Source of the DNA: a virus
Lineage: Duplodnaviria; Caudoviricetes
DNA length: 33,433 nt
Reading direction: 5' to 3' (one strand)
Virus record (IMG/VR): IMGVR_UViG_3300021086_000015
Location: 1-33,433 of that record
Below the pieces are notes generated by a model. The model did no database searches, was not told the origin of the DNA, and saw only the letters and a program-made list of their open reading frames with translations. The position numbers and the translations under genes were made by a program. This document shows positions 23,921 through 33,433 of this stretch, piece by piece; the first letter of the stretch is position 1; every line of letters begins with the position of its first letter.

Positions 23921-25552
23921 GTGCTGCTCATCGTTCCCCCCGGCGAGCGCGAGCCGCTGCCGTCGCTGGGCGACCAGGTGTGCGCGTTCCTCGAGGAGCG
24001 CGCCTGCCACGGGCCCGGCAGCCTGAAGGGGCAGCCGCTCACCCTCGACACCGATTTCCGGTACGCGTTGTACCGGCTATACGAGGTGTGGCCGAAGGAC
24101 CACCTGCGCGCCGGGCGCCGGCGCTTCAAGCGCGGCGGCGTGAGCCTGCGCAAGGGCAGCGCGAAGACCGAGCTGCTGGCCCTGGTCGCGTTCGCCGAAC
24201 TGCATCCGGAGAGCCCGGTACGGTTCGGCGGCTTCAACGCTGACGGCACGCTGCGCCAGGGACGGCCCGTCGCGGATCCGTACGTTCCCCTGCTCGCCAA
24301 CACCCAGGAGCAGGTGGCCGAGCTCGCCTATGGCGCGCTGATGGTGATCTGCGAAGACGGCGCCGATCCGGAGTGCTTCGATGTCGGGCTCGATCGGATC
24401 ATCCGGATCGGCGAGCGCGGCGACGCGGACGGCAAGGCACTCCCGCTTTCGGCGGCCCCGAACGCCCGCGACGGCGCGAGGACTACTTTCCAGGGCATCG
24501 ACGAGCCGCACAGGCTCTACCTGCCGAATCACAAGGCGGCGATCGAGACGATGTTGGCGAACCTCGAGAAGCGTGTCCTCGAGGATCCCTGGCAGATGAC
24601 CACCACGACGGCGGGCGAGCCAGGCCAGGGCAGTGTCGCCGAGGACGAGTATTTCGAGGCCGAGCAGATCGCCCGGGGTGCGATCGAACGGCCGGCGTTC
24701 TTCTTCCTGCACCGGCAGGCCAGCGACGGCTACGACATGGCGAAGTACGCCGATCGTGTAGAGGCGATCACCGAGGCGTCGGGCCCGGATGTGCGGCAGT
24801 GGTCGGATATCGAAAGCATTGCCGCCCAGTGGGATCGAACGGGCGCCGATACCTCGTATCTCGAACGCGTCTGGACGAACCGCTGGACTCGCAGCGCCGC
24901 ACAGGCTTTCGACACGAAACGCTGGCACGTCCTCGGGCTGACCGGCGAACGCATCCCGCGCCGGAGCTGGGTCACGCTCGGTTTCGATGGTGCCAGGTTC
25001 CGGGATGCGACCGCGTTCGTGATGACCGACATGAAGACCGGTTTTCAGGAGCTGGCCGGGCTGTGGGAGCGGCCGATCGACGCCCCCGAGGACTGGGAAG
25101 TCCCCGAGGACGAGGTCGATGAGAAGTTCCGCGAGATCATGCGCGACTACCGCGTGTTGAAGGGCTATTTCGATCCGCCGCACTGGACGAACACCATCGG
25201 CGAATGGTCGGTGAAGCATCCTGATGTCGTCGAGGAGTGGTGGACGGCCCGGCGCCGGCCGATGTATCGGGCGATCCGCTCGTACCGCGAGGCAATGGCG
25301 ACGGGCCGAGTCTCGCACAACGGCGATCCGGACTTCGAGCGGCACATCGGCAATGCGGGCCGCGTGATGACGAATCTGTGGGACGACGCGGAGGACGACG
25401 GCACGCAGCAGCGTGTGTGGATTCTCGGAAAGCTCCACCCGGACAGGAAGTTCGACGCGGCGATGGCAGGGACGTTGTCCTGGCAGGCGCGGATGGACAA
25501 CCTCGGCAAGATCCCCAAGACCAGGCGCGGCACTGTCGCGAAGATCAGGTGA
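23921..25552 (+). CDS. Terminase large subunit
   Basis: RKGSAKTE (Walker A-like), GIDEPH (Walker B), TTTAG, LGFDGARFRDAT nuclease, KFDAAMA. Confidence 0.95.
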   Translation: MLLIVPPGEREPLPSLGDQVCAFLEERACHGPGSLKGQPLTLDTDFRYALYRLYEVWPKDHLRAGRRRFKRGGVSLRKGSAKTELLALVAFAELHPESPVRFGGFNADGTLRQGRPVADPYVPLLANTQEQVAELAYGALMVICEDGADPECFDVGLDRIIRIGERGDADGKALPLSAAPNARDGARTTFQGIDEPHRLYLPNHKAAIETMLANLEKRVLEDPWQMTTTTAGEPGQGSVAEDEYFEAEQIARGAIERPAFFFLHRQASDGYDMAKYADRVEAITEASGPDVRQWSDIESIAAQWDRTGADTSYLERVWTNRWTRSAAQAFDTKRWHVLGLTGERIPRRSWVTLGFDGARFRDATAFVMTDMKTGFQELAGLWERPIDAPEDWEVPEDEVDEKFREIMRDYRVLKGYFDPPHWTNTIGEWSVKHPDVVEEWWTARRRPMYRAIRSYREAMATGRVSHNGDPDFERHIGNAGRVMTNLWDDAEDDGTQQRVWILGKLHPDRKFDAAMAGTLSWQARMDNLGKIPKTRRGTVAKIR

Positions 25553-25562
25553 GGAGGTGCCC

Positions 25563-27170
25563 GTGACCGCTCCGAATATCCTGCTGGACAACGACTCCAA
25601 CACGTCGGACGCGCTCACCGCCGACGGCTGGACGGGCGTTCCGGTCGATATCACCGATCCGCAGTCGCCTGGCTGGTGGATGAACTTTCTTGCGCAGACG
25701 TTTGTCGAGCGGGATCGCACCTACGACCAGGCGAACGATCCGGCCGACCCGTACACGCGCATCGTGCCGTTCCGGACGCGCCGCCAACGCCTGAACCTGT
25801 TGTGGCGCTACTTCATCGGCCGTCCACCACTGCCGCAGGTGCGCGAGGAATACCGCGAGGCGTTCGAGGAAGTTCTGCGCAAGGCGAATGCGGTCTATGC
25901 CCCGATGGCCGTTGACGCGATGCTGGACCGGATGACCCTCACGGGCGTGCGGACGAGCACGTCGGATGGTCCCGAGGGGGATGTGCTCGCGCAGAAGATC
26001 ATGCAGGTGAGTGGGTTCGCGGCGGCGATCAAGGACGCGCTGACCTACCTGTTTGCGATGTCCGAGGCGTACCTGATGGTCGTGCCCGCCGCCGAGGGGT
26101 CGGCGGACCGGACTCCGCTGATCACCGCGGAGGATCCGCGGCTGTGCATCGGCCAGCCGGATCCGATGGCGCCGAACCAGTTGCGCGCCGCGCTGAAACT
26201 CGGCTACGACGAGGTGCGTCAGCGCGTGGTCGCGTGGGTGTATCCCGGCGACGGTAAGCGGTATCAGGCGTCGCAGTCCTCGACGGGGTGGATCGGCCTC
26301 ACTGTGTCGGCCGCCGGATTTACCTGGGACGGGCCGCCGGTCGATATGCCGGAGCTCGAGGCGTATGGCGGTGTGCCGATCGTGCGCCTGGTGAACGCGC
26401 ACGGGATGGGCGAGTACGAGAAGCATCTCGATTTGCTGGATCGGATCAACGACACGATCCTGCAGCGCATCGTGATCACCGCTTTTCAATCGTTCCGCCA
26501 GCGTGGTGTGATCGCCGATCTCGAGGGTGGCGAGGACGACAAAGACAGCCCGGTCGAGGAAATCGATTGGAACAACATCTTTTCCGCTTCCCCGGGCGCG
26601 TTGTGGCGGCTGCCCGCCGGATCGCAGTTCTGGGAGTCGGGGCAGGCCGATCTGACATCGATCACGGGCGCCATCAAGGCTGACGTGATGGAGTTCGCCG
26701 CGGTCACGCGCACGCCACTGCACCTGGTGACTCCCGATGTGGCGACGCAGAGCGCCGAGGGTGCGGCGCTGATGCGCGAAGGCATCGTGTTCAAGGTCAA
26801 GGACCGGCGAGACCGGGTCGATCCCGCGTTGGGGACGCTGTGGCGCATGGCCTTCGCGCTGGCCGGGCAGCCCAAGGACACGGTGCAAATGCTGTGGGGC
26901 AACATCGAATCGTATTCGCTGGTGGAGAAGGCGCAGGCCATCAACTTGACCCGCGGCATCCTTTCGCGCGAGCGCCAGCTGGTCGACATCCTCGAGATGT
27001 CGCCGCCGGAGGCCGCGGACAACATGCAGGAGCTCCTCACCGATCAGTTCCTGAACGCCCAGCTGACGACGGCGCCGCCGCCCTCCACGGTGCGCCTGAC
27101 GGAGAACGTCACCGACACCCATCAGACGACCGGCACGACGAGCCCTGACGCATCGCCGGTCGTGCCGTGA
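25563..27170 (+). CDS. Portal protein
   Basis: GAGGAGG RBS; after terL; LLDRINDTI..R.VITAFQSFRQR, SAEGA motifs. Confidence 0.9.
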   Translation: MTAPNILLDNDSNTSDALTADGWTGVPVDITDPQSPGWWMNFLAQTFVERDRTYDQANDPADPYTRIVPFRTRRQRLNLLWRYFIGRPPLPQVREEYREAFEEVLRKANAVYAPMAVDAMLDRMTLTGVRTSTSDGPEGDVLAQKIMQVSGFAAAIKDALTYLFAMSEAYLMVVPAAEGSADRTPLITAEDPRLCIGQPDPMAPNQLRAALKLGYDEVRQRVVAWVYPGDGKRYQASQSSTGWIGLTVSAAGFTWDGPPVDMPELEAYGGVPIVRLVNAHGMGEYEKHLDLLDRINDTILQRIVITAFQSFRQRGVIADLEGGEDDKDSPVEEIDWNNIFSASPGALWRLPAGSQFWESGQADLTSITGAIKADVMEFAAVTRTPLHLVTPDVATQSAEGAALMREGIVFKVKDRRDRVDPALGTLWRMAFALAGQPKDTVQMLWGNIESYSLVEKAQAINLTRGILSRERQLVDILEMSPPEAADNMQELLTDQFLNAQLTTAPPPSTVRLTENVTDTHQTTGTTSPDASPVVP

Positions 27171-28216
27171 GCGTCGTCGTACAAGATCGCCAGGCGCAGG
27201 CGCGCGCGAGTGCTACCGCGGCGAGCGCCGAGGCAGCAGCAGCGGCCGCGGCGCTGGTGGGCCGAGGATCTCCGTCCGCGGTGGCGCAGGCGGCCGGGAC
27301 GGTCGTCGACGCGAACGCCGCAGCGGTGCAGACCGCGGTGACGATCACCTCGGCCGCAATCGAAAACCTGTGGCACGCGACCAATCCCTACGACGACGAC
27401 TCGGTGCAGCACTTCGTCACGCAGGCCGGCCGGACTGTGGTGGCAGCGCAGCGCAGTGTCGCGCAGACGACCAGCGCGGCGCAGGCCATCCTCGTGCGCG
27501 CGGCCGGACTCCCGGCGCCGGGTGCGGTCCGGATCCCGGATAATGTTCGCGGTGCGCATGTGACGCTCGGGGGCAGCGAGCCGAAGGTGCGCGCCGCGGC
27601 GGCCACCGTCGTGTATCAGCCGGACGTGCCGGAGGGAAAGACGGTGCGCGCCAGGGTGACTGTCGCCGAGGCGGCCCCGGATCGGATTTTCAATCGGGCT
27701 GTGGTGACCTACCGGTACGAGCAGTCCCAGGGCGCGGATCCGGCGAAGGCCTCCCGCGCGACGGTGACCCGGATCGGTGACATCGTGGATGCGAATCTGA
27801 TGCTCACGCAACGCCTCGCCGAGCAACAGGCGCTGAAGCAGGCCGGTGCGACGTACTACCGGCGGGTGATCCATCCGGAACTGTCCAAGGGCGGCGTGTG
27901 CGGCCTGTGCGTCGCGGCGTCGGATCGGGTCTATCACGTAGCCGAGCTGAAGCCGATCCATCTGCGCTGCAAGTGCGGCGTGGTCCCGGTGGCACCCGGC
28001 TCTGATGCCGGATACGAGCTGAACAGGTCCGATTTCCGGCTGCTCTACGGCGAGGGCGGCAAGCTGCACGGGCTCTCCACCAGCACTGTGGGCGCGCACC
28101 TGAAGCGCACCCGGTACGACATTGTCGAACATCACGAACTCGGCCCGGTGCTGACGCGCGTGCGGGGCGAGAAGGTGCCCTATTACACGCTCGCCCCGGT
28201 CGCGGTCGCGGCGTAG
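27167..28216 (+). CDS. MuF-like minor capsid / head maturation protein
   Basis: YRRVIHPELSKGGVCGLCVAASDR...PIHLRCKCGVVPV. Confidence 0.75.
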   Translation: MSVVVQDRQAQARASATAASAEAAAAAAALVGRGSPSAVAQAAGTVVDANAAAVQTAVTITSAAIENLWHATNPYDDDSVQHFVTQAGRTVVAAQRSVAQTTSAAQAILVRAAGLPAPGAVRIPDNVRGAHVTLGGSEPKVRAAAATVVYQPDVPEGKTVRARVTVAEAAPDRIFNRAVVTYRYEQSQGADPAKASRATVTRIGDIVDANLMLTQRLAEQQALKQAGATYYRRVIHPELSKGGVCGLCVAASDRVYHVAELKPIHLRCKCGVVPVAPGSDAGYELNRSDFRLLYGEGGKLHGLSTSTVGAHLKRTRYDIVEHHELGPVLTRVRGEKVPYYTLAPVAVAA

Positions 28217-28308
28217 CCGCGGCCCTTCGAAACTTCCCGCGCGTTCGGCGCGGGTGTCCCGTCACGGGAAAACACCCCATCCCCACTCTCCTGACAAGGC
28301 GAAATACT

Positions 28309-28980
28309 GTGACAGCTCCTGCTGGCGGTGCGGCACCGGCCGCAAACGCGACCACCACACCCAACGATGCTGCGGCAGCGGCAGCGGCGAATGCTGCGGC
28401 GGCTGCGACTGGAGAATCGTCCGATCGGGGTTTCCCCGCGGACACCCCGACGGAGCAGATGACCGAGGCGCAGCGGACCGCGTATTGGAAGCATCATTCG
28501 CGCCGCCACGAAGACGCCGTCAAGGCGTATAAGGGCCTGACGCCGCAACAGGTCGCTGACCTGCAGGCCGAGAACGATTCGCTGAAGTCGGAGAAGCTGA
28601 CCGCCGACGAGCGGACGGTCGCGAATGCGAAGAAGGAGGCGGCCGACGTTGCCGCCGCCACGGCGAAAGCCGAGTTTCTGCCGCAGATTCAAGTGCTCGA
28701 GGTCAAGGCCTTGGCGAGCACCGTGCTCGGCGAGGACAAGGACCGGCTCGCGGCGTTCATGGCGATCGCCGATCCGTCCAAGCTTGTCGGCGCTGACGGT
28801 CATGTGGACGAATCGAAGGTCATGGGTCACCTGACCGCGATGTTCGGGCAGGTGGGCCGCGGCGGCACGCAGCAGCCCCGTTGGCAGAACGCCGGCCAGT
28901 ACGCAGCATCCGCACCGCCGAGTCAGCCGGGCGCTGCAGGGCGCGCCGAGGCGGCGAAGCGGTACGGCAAGAAAACCTAA
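28309..28980 (+). CDS. Head scaffolding protein
   Basis: GFPADTP..QMT..Q..AYWKHHSRRHE, coiled coil, C-terminal AEAAKRYG. Confidence 0.85.
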   Translation: MTAPAGGAAPAANATTTPNDAAAAAAANAAAAATGESSDRGFPADTPTEQMTEAQRTAYWKHHSRRHEDAVKAYKGLTPQQVADLQAENDSLKSEKLTADERTVANAKKEAADVAAATAKAEFLPQIQVLEVKALASTVLGEDKDRLAAFMAIADPSKLVGADGHVDESKVMGHLTAMFGQVGRGGTQQPRWQNAGQYAASAPPSQPGAAGRAEAAKRYGKKT

Positions 28981-29000
28981 ACCACTCTTAAGGAGTCGAT

Positions 29001-29735
29001 ATGTCGACCGACATTTCGATGGTGACGCAGGCCTTCCAGGTCGGTAATCGGCAGTGGTTGCTGTCCGAGCCGGACTGGAAGCCGAACGTCACTCTCGACA
29101 TCATCAGCCTGTTCTCGCAGAACGGCACGAACGAGGTTCAGACCCTCACCATCGGCGGATCGCCCACCGGCGGCACCTTCACGGTCACGTTCTCCGGCCA
29201 GACGACCGGCGCGATCACCTACAACGCCGCGGCGAGCGCCGTTCAGACTGCGCTGCAAGCGCTCTCGACGATCGGCGCGGGCAACGCCGCGGTGACCGGC
29301 TCGGCGGGCGGTCCGTACACGGTCACCTTCCAGGGCGCTCTCGCACACGACAACGTGTCCGCGATGACCGCCACGAGCTCGCTGACCGGCGGCACGTCTC
29401 CCGGCGTGACCGTGGCTACGACCACGAGCGGCGCGAACGCGCACTATCTGAACGGGTACATCCCGTCGGGATGCGCGATCGGCCAGGTCGCCGCGACCGG
29501 GCGATTCGGCCCGTACGACAACACCGCATCGGACGGCCGTCAAACCTGCTACGGCCTGACGTACGGCGATATCCGCGCGGTGCGCTGGGACGGCTCGATC
29601 GCGTCCCTGGTCGGTACCGGTGCGGTCGTCAATCAGGCCGCGGTGTCGCTGAGCCACCTGCCGTTCCAGTCCGGGACCGGCTCCATCGACAGCGCGGCTC
29701 AGACCGATCTGCCGGCCGTTCGCTTCGAGGCGTGA
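29001..29735 (+). CDS. Head decoration protein with ~100-aa inserted domain
   Basis: VTLD...[insert]...HYLNGYIPSG...FGPYD...DGRQT; located between scaffold and capsid. Confidence 0.8.
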   Translation: MSTDISMVTQAFQVGNRQWLLSEPDWKPNVTLDIISLFSQNGTNEVQTLTIGGSPTGGTFTVTFSGQTTGAITYNAAASAVQTALQALSTIGAGNAAVTGSAGGPYTVTFQGALAHDNVSAMTATSSLTGGTSPGVTVATTTSGANAHYLNGYIPSGCAIGQVAATGRFGPYDNTASDGRQTCYGLTYGDIRAVRWDGSIASLVGTGAVVNQAAVSLSHLPFQSGTGSIDSAAQTDLPAVRFEA

Positions 29736-29746
29736 GGAGTTAAGCC

Positions 29747-30787
29747 ATGTCACTTTTCTTGGACGGTCCTCTGCCCCTCGAGGACACGATCGTTTTTGTG
29801 CAGGAGATTCCGCTCCCGTCGAATCTGAACCTGACCGCGATGTTCGGTACTCCGCACACCTACATGACCGATGAGATCGATTTCGCGATCATCCAGCGCA
29901 CCAACCGGGCCGCGAAGTTCCGCAACTGGGACGGCAGCTACTGGGTGAGCCCCCGCGATACCGGCTCGGAGAAGCGCGTGCGGATGCTTCCCCTCGGCGG
30001 CCAGTTGGGTGTCGGCGAGTACGAGCGCAGGCAGCAGGAGTACTCCCGGTACGGGGGCACGATCCAGAACATTTTGGTCGAGGCCATCTACAACGACCTG
30101 GCGAATCTGACCAGGTACGTGCAGAACCGCATCGAATTGGCCTGGGGCGACGTTCTGACCGATGGCATCTTGTCCATCAACGAGAATGGCGTGCAGCAGC
30201 AACTCGACTTCGCGATCCCCGCCAACCAGGTGGTCACCGCGTCGACTCTGTGGTCGGACACCACCAACGCCGATCCTCTCGCCGACATGCTCGCCTGGTA
30301 CGACGTGTGGGTCGCGCTCAACGGGGAACCCCCCGGCCGCACCCTGCTCTCGCTCACGACTGCCCGGCAGCTGCAGGTCAACAAGAACCTCATCTATGCG
30401 ATCAAGGGCCAGCAGACCGGCGTCACCCACATCACCCTCGAGGACATCTCCGGGCTGCTCGCGAACTACAATCTGCCGCCGGTGACGATGAACAACGTCT
30501 ACAACAGCTTCTTCGACGTGGACGGCGTCACCACCCGCCCGATCCCGGCGAACAAGTTCCTGTTCCTGCCCGAGGACATGTCCACTCTCGGCTTCACCGC
30601 CATGGGCACGCCGACGACCGTGATGGAGTTGAACTCCAACAACATTCAGGTCCAGGAGGCTGCCGGGATCATCGGCATCTTGGTCCGCGAGGATCAGCCG
30701 CCGTTCTCCAAGCGCACGTTCGTCGATGCCGTCGCGCTGCCGGTGCTGGCGGATCCGCGCAAGATCCTCACCGCGACGGTGGCCTGA
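29747..30787 (+). CDS. Major capsid protein (lambda E-like family)
   Basis: 346 aa; AAKFRNWD, LPLG, RIELAWGDVLTDG...INENG, DPLAD, ALPVL. Confidence 0.92.
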   Translation: MSLFLDGPLPLEDTIVFVQEIPLPSNLNLTAMFGTPHTYMTDEIDFAIIQRTNRAAKFRNWDGSYWVSPRDTGSEKRVRMLPLGGQLGVGEYERRQQEYSRYGGTIQNILVEAIYNDLANLTRYVQNRIELAWGDVLTDGILSINENGVQQQLDFAIPANQVVTASTLWSDTTNADPLADMLAWYDVWVALNGEPPGRTLLSLTTARQLQVNKNLIYAIKGQQTGVTHITLEDISGLLANYNLPPVTMNNVYNSFFDVDGVTTRPIPANKFLFLPEDMSTLGFTAMGTPTTVMELNSNNIQVQEAAGIIGILVREDQPPFSKRTFVDAVALPVLADPRKILTATVA

Positions 30788-31158
30788 TGCTGTTGCGGGG
30801 AGCCAACGCCGTGCACCTGCACCGCGATGGCGTGCTGCATTCGTACTTGCCCGGCGACGACGTGCCCGAATGGGCCGTCGAGAAGATCGGAGACCCGAAC
30901 GTGTGGGCGGACGAGGAAGCGCCCGTGGTACCGGGCCCGGTTATTGCCCCGACCGTCACGCGAACCGTTCCGGCCGTCCCGCAGACCGAGCTGGACTCCA
31001 CGCCCGCCACCGCCACCGACAGCGGCCGGCCGCCGGAGAACGGGCCGGGCGCCACCCGGCAGGTATGGGCCGACTACGCCGCGAGTGCAGGCGTCGAGGT
31101 CGATGCAGCGTGGAAGCGCGAGGACATCATCGGTGCCTGCGCGGCGGCTGGCCGCTGA
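30787..31158 (+). CDS. Capsid-adjacent protein with C-terminal small helical domain
   Basis: PGDDVPEWA..IGDPNVW; GPGATRQVWADYA...KREDII. Confidence 0.75.
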   Translation: MLLRGANAVHLHRDGVLHSYLPGDDVPEWAVEKIGDPNVWADEEAPVVPGPVIAPTVTRTVPAVPQTELDSTPATATDSGRPPENGPGATRQVWADYAASAGVEVDAAWKREDIIGACAAAGR

Positions 31159-31171
31159 AAGGCGCTGAACC

Positions 31172-31588
31172 ATGGGCCAATTCGCGCAGCTGCAGGATGC
31201 GATCGACCAGTACGAGGGCGTCATCCCGAGTAGCCGGCAGGCGTGGGTGACCAACCTGATCCCGCGTGTCGAGGCACGCCTGATCGGTCTCGTGCCGTCG
31301 CTGGCGACGCTGTCGCAGGCATCGGACCCGGCGCGTTTCGCGCGCGTCGGCTATCTCGTCATCGAGAAAGTCCTCGAGATCTACCGCAACCCGACAGGGG
31401 CGCAGTCGGATTCGGTGATGGGGCAGCAGACGACATGGAATGCGGCGATCTCGTCGGGCCGCATCGTGTTCACGGATGAGGAGCTTGCCACGGTGCGTCA
31501 GCGCACGAAGCGAGCGAACTTGGGCACCGCCATGGTGCGCCCGTGGCAACCGAGGGGACGGCGCGGTGTTCTACGCGGCCCGTGGTGA
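31172..31588 (+). CDS. Head-to-tail adaptor
   Basis: VLEIYRNPTG...IVFTDEEL; synteny. Confidence 0.8.
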   Translation: MGQFAQLQDAIDQYEGVIPSSRQAWVTNLIPRVEARLIGLVPSLATLSQASDPARFARVGYLVIEKVLEIYRNPTGAQSDSVMGQQTTWNAAISSGRIVFTDEELATVRQRTKRANLGTAMVRPWQPRGRRGVLRGPW

Positions 31589-31904
31589 AACCGTCACCGT
31601 CACCGACGCTGTGACGCGCGACAATGACGGCAACCCGGTCACCGCATCGGGGCCGCGGCCGGTGGATGGCGTTCTCGTCCAGCAGGAGAGCACGGCGATG
31701 AACACGACGGAGAAGGGCGACGTGGCGGTGACAAACCTGCGCGCGCTGTTCCCGGAGGACGATCCGATTGCGCAGCTCGCGAAGGTCCAATTTCCCCGCC
31801 GCGGGATCTTCCACGTCGTAGGCAAGCCATTGTTGTGCCGTTCGGACCTGACGGGGCGTGTCTGGGGGTTGATCGTCGACATGGTGCAGATCGGAAGTTC
31901 CTGA
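31566..31904 (+). CDS. Head-to-tail stopper/closure protein
   Basis: GETVTV...RDNDGNP...FHVVGKP; synteny. Confidence 0.7.
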   Translation: MFYAARGETVTVTDAVTRDNDGNPVTASGPRPVDGVLVQQESTAMNTTEKGDVAVTNLRALFPEDDPIAQLAKVQFPRRGIFHVVGKPLLCRSDLTGRVWGLIVDMVQIGSS

Positions 31905-32251
31905 TGCAGACCAGCATTCCGTACCCGAACCCTTTCATCACCGCATGGAATGTGAGTGACGAGTGCAGGGACCTGATGCAGTCGGGGATCCTGCGTGCCC
32001 TCGCGCTGTGGAAGCTCACCGCCGGGTTGCATGCCCGCACCGGCCGCGAGGTGTCCTCGGCGCGGACCAGCGTGCATATCGGTGGCGTGCGCGGTGACCG
32101 TTTCGTCGGTGAGCTGCTCGTTGGCGGCGCCGATTCGCCTGCGCCTTACACACTCTCGGACCAGTTCGGAGCGTTTCGGACCGGACGACATTTCCAGGCC
32201 CCGGCACGGGACCTGAACAAGGTGCTGGACCTGATGGCGGCCGCGACATGA
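31904..32251 (+). CDS. Neck/tail completion protein
   Basis: Position between stopper and terminator; ARTG...QFG motif. Confidence 0.65.
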   Translation: MQTSIPYPNPFITAWNVSDECRDLMQSGILRALALWKLTAGLHARTGREVSSARTSVHIGGVRGDRFVGELLVGGADSPAPYTLSDQFGAFRTGRHFQAPARDLNKVLDLMAAAT

Positions 32252-32805
32252 TCGTCGGCCCCGAGTTCTATGTAGGCGGCTGGCCCGACAGGGAGAAGGT
32301 CTGCCAGGACGCATCACGGCCGTTCACGAACCTGCTGGAGGTGTGGACGATCGATCCGAACACTCAGGCCTCGGTCCAGGTGATGAACTCGGACAATACG
32401 CCGCGCCGTCCGTATCTGTGCAGTTACATCCCGGATAACTACAACGATCTGTTGCCCCTGGTGCGTTTCTACCGCGGCGGCGGCGCGGCGGATCGGGGCA
32501 AGCTGATGGATTCCGCGTCCGTCCAGATCGGTGTCATCGGCGCCACCCGCGACGACTCGGTGTTCATCCTCGAATATCTGCGCCAGATCCTTCTGGCTCT
32601 TCCGCGCTCCGGTGGTGCTGTCAAGCGTGCCGACGGCTCGTACACCCAGGTCGCCGACGTATACGAGATTGACGGGCCCGAGATCGCACCCGAGCTCAAC
32701 CCAGACAACCGCCTCGTCATACACACCCTCGGCGTCGTATGCCGTCTGCCGCGTGACGTGCCCGACTACGGCCCGATCGTCACCCAGATCATGGCCGCCG
32801 CCTGA
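32248..32805 (+). CDS. Tail terminator protein
   Basis: WPDRE, LVRFYRGGG, VQIGVIGATRDDS, GPE; synteny. Confidence 0.75.
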   Translation: MIVGPEFYVGGWPDREKVCQDASRPFTNLLEVWTIDPNTQASVQVMNSDNTPRRPYLCSYIPDNYNDLLPLVRFYRGGGAADRGKLMDSASVQIGVIGATRDDSVFILEYLRQILLALPRSGGAVKRADGSYTQVADVYEIDGPEIAPELNPDNRLVIHTLGVVCRLPRDVPDYGPIVTQIMAAA

Positions 32806-32862
32806 CGCGCGGCCGCTCAATCACGAACCCCCTTACCTCCCTCTCGGATTGGAGAGATCGCC

Positions 32863-33433
32863 ATGACGGCTGCAACTGGTGTTGCCCTGTTCCAGCAGAT
32901 GAAGGACAAGCAGGACCCGCTTGTCCTGGCGCCCCTGAATTCCCTTGTGTTCGCACATAAGTGGAGCATCGGCGCCACATACATCCCCGAAACGATCTGT
33001 AACCCGACTACGGGCGCACTGCTGCCGCTGCCGCAGGGCTGGCACACGCTCGGGGAGTTGCAGAAGAAGGCTGGCGTCGACCTGACGCCGGACAAGAAGA
33101 CCAGCGACGTCGAGGGCCTTGGGTCGCTGCCGCCGCGGCGCTCCATCACTACCAGCGAGGGCCTGGCGGTCGACTTCACCGCGCAGGAATGGCGCAAGGT
33201 GAACACCGAGCTGTACTACGGCACCGACCTCACGGGCATCTACGCCAACGAGACCTCCGGTGAATGGCGGGGCCACAAAATGGTGTCGGCGATGGACGAT
33301 TACTGGTCGCTCATCGTGATGGCATTCGACGGCGTGCCCGGCTCGGAGATCTGGCCGTACTGGATTCTCCCGAAGCTCATGAGCACGAAGTCGGGCAAGA
33401 TGTCCCTCGCGGATGGCAGCGAGATCGCGTTCC
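32863..33433 (+). CDS. Major tail (tube) protein, truncated by window end
   Basis: GGAGA RBS; LLPLPQGWHTLGELQKKAGV...SDVEGLGSLPPRR...FTAQE; open to the window end. Confidence 0.85.
   Translation, partial: MTAATGVALFQQMKDKQDPLVLAPLNSLVFAHKWSIGATYIPETICNPTTGALLPLPQGWHTLGELQKKAGVDLTPDKKTSDVEGLGSLPPRRSITTSEGLAVDFTAQEWRKVNTELYYGTDLTGIYANETSGEWRGHKMVSAMDDYWSLIVMAFDGVPGSEIWPYWILPKLMSTKSGKMSLADGSEIAF

Larger units (their letters stand above)
55..33433 (+). mobile_element. Integrated temperate siphovirus prophage (actinobacterial), right part beyond window
   Basis: tRNA-fragment att site next to a tyrosine integrase, then immunity switch, replication/recombination, packaging, head and tail genes in canonical order. 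Confidence 0.97.

Overview
The window holds the left ~33 kb of a high-GC temperate siphovirus prophage from an actinobacterium (Nocardia/Rhodococcus/Gordonia-like host inferred). It is integrated at a tRNA-Lys(CTT) gene, whose duplicated 3' half is at 55-101 on the minus strand. Gene order: att site, tyrosine integrase, repressor/Cro switch with four 16-bp operators, excisionase, GIY-YIG, BRO antirepressor, many small early genes, a DGQHR/ParB-like gene pair, RecE-like exonuclease plus annealing protein, DnaQ exonuclease, clamp-like protein, adenine methyltransferase, HTH replication initiator with an iteron/DnaA-box origin, RusA, a Zn-finger/HTH regulator, two reverse-strand genes (one with a LexA box), a late leader with promoter, terminator and micro-ORFs, two HNH genes, probable cos, terminases, portal, head genes, head-tail genes and a major tail gene cut off by the window end. 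The most notable items are: a GATC-rich palindromic iteron origin next to a Dam-family methylase; an attenuator-like late leader in front of a 28-aa hydrophobic peptide; a poly-C frameshifted late gene; an SOS-boxed reverse cassette; a ~100-aa domain inserted into the head decoration protein; and the DGQHR gene pair. All calls come from reading the sequence by eye; no database searches were run.
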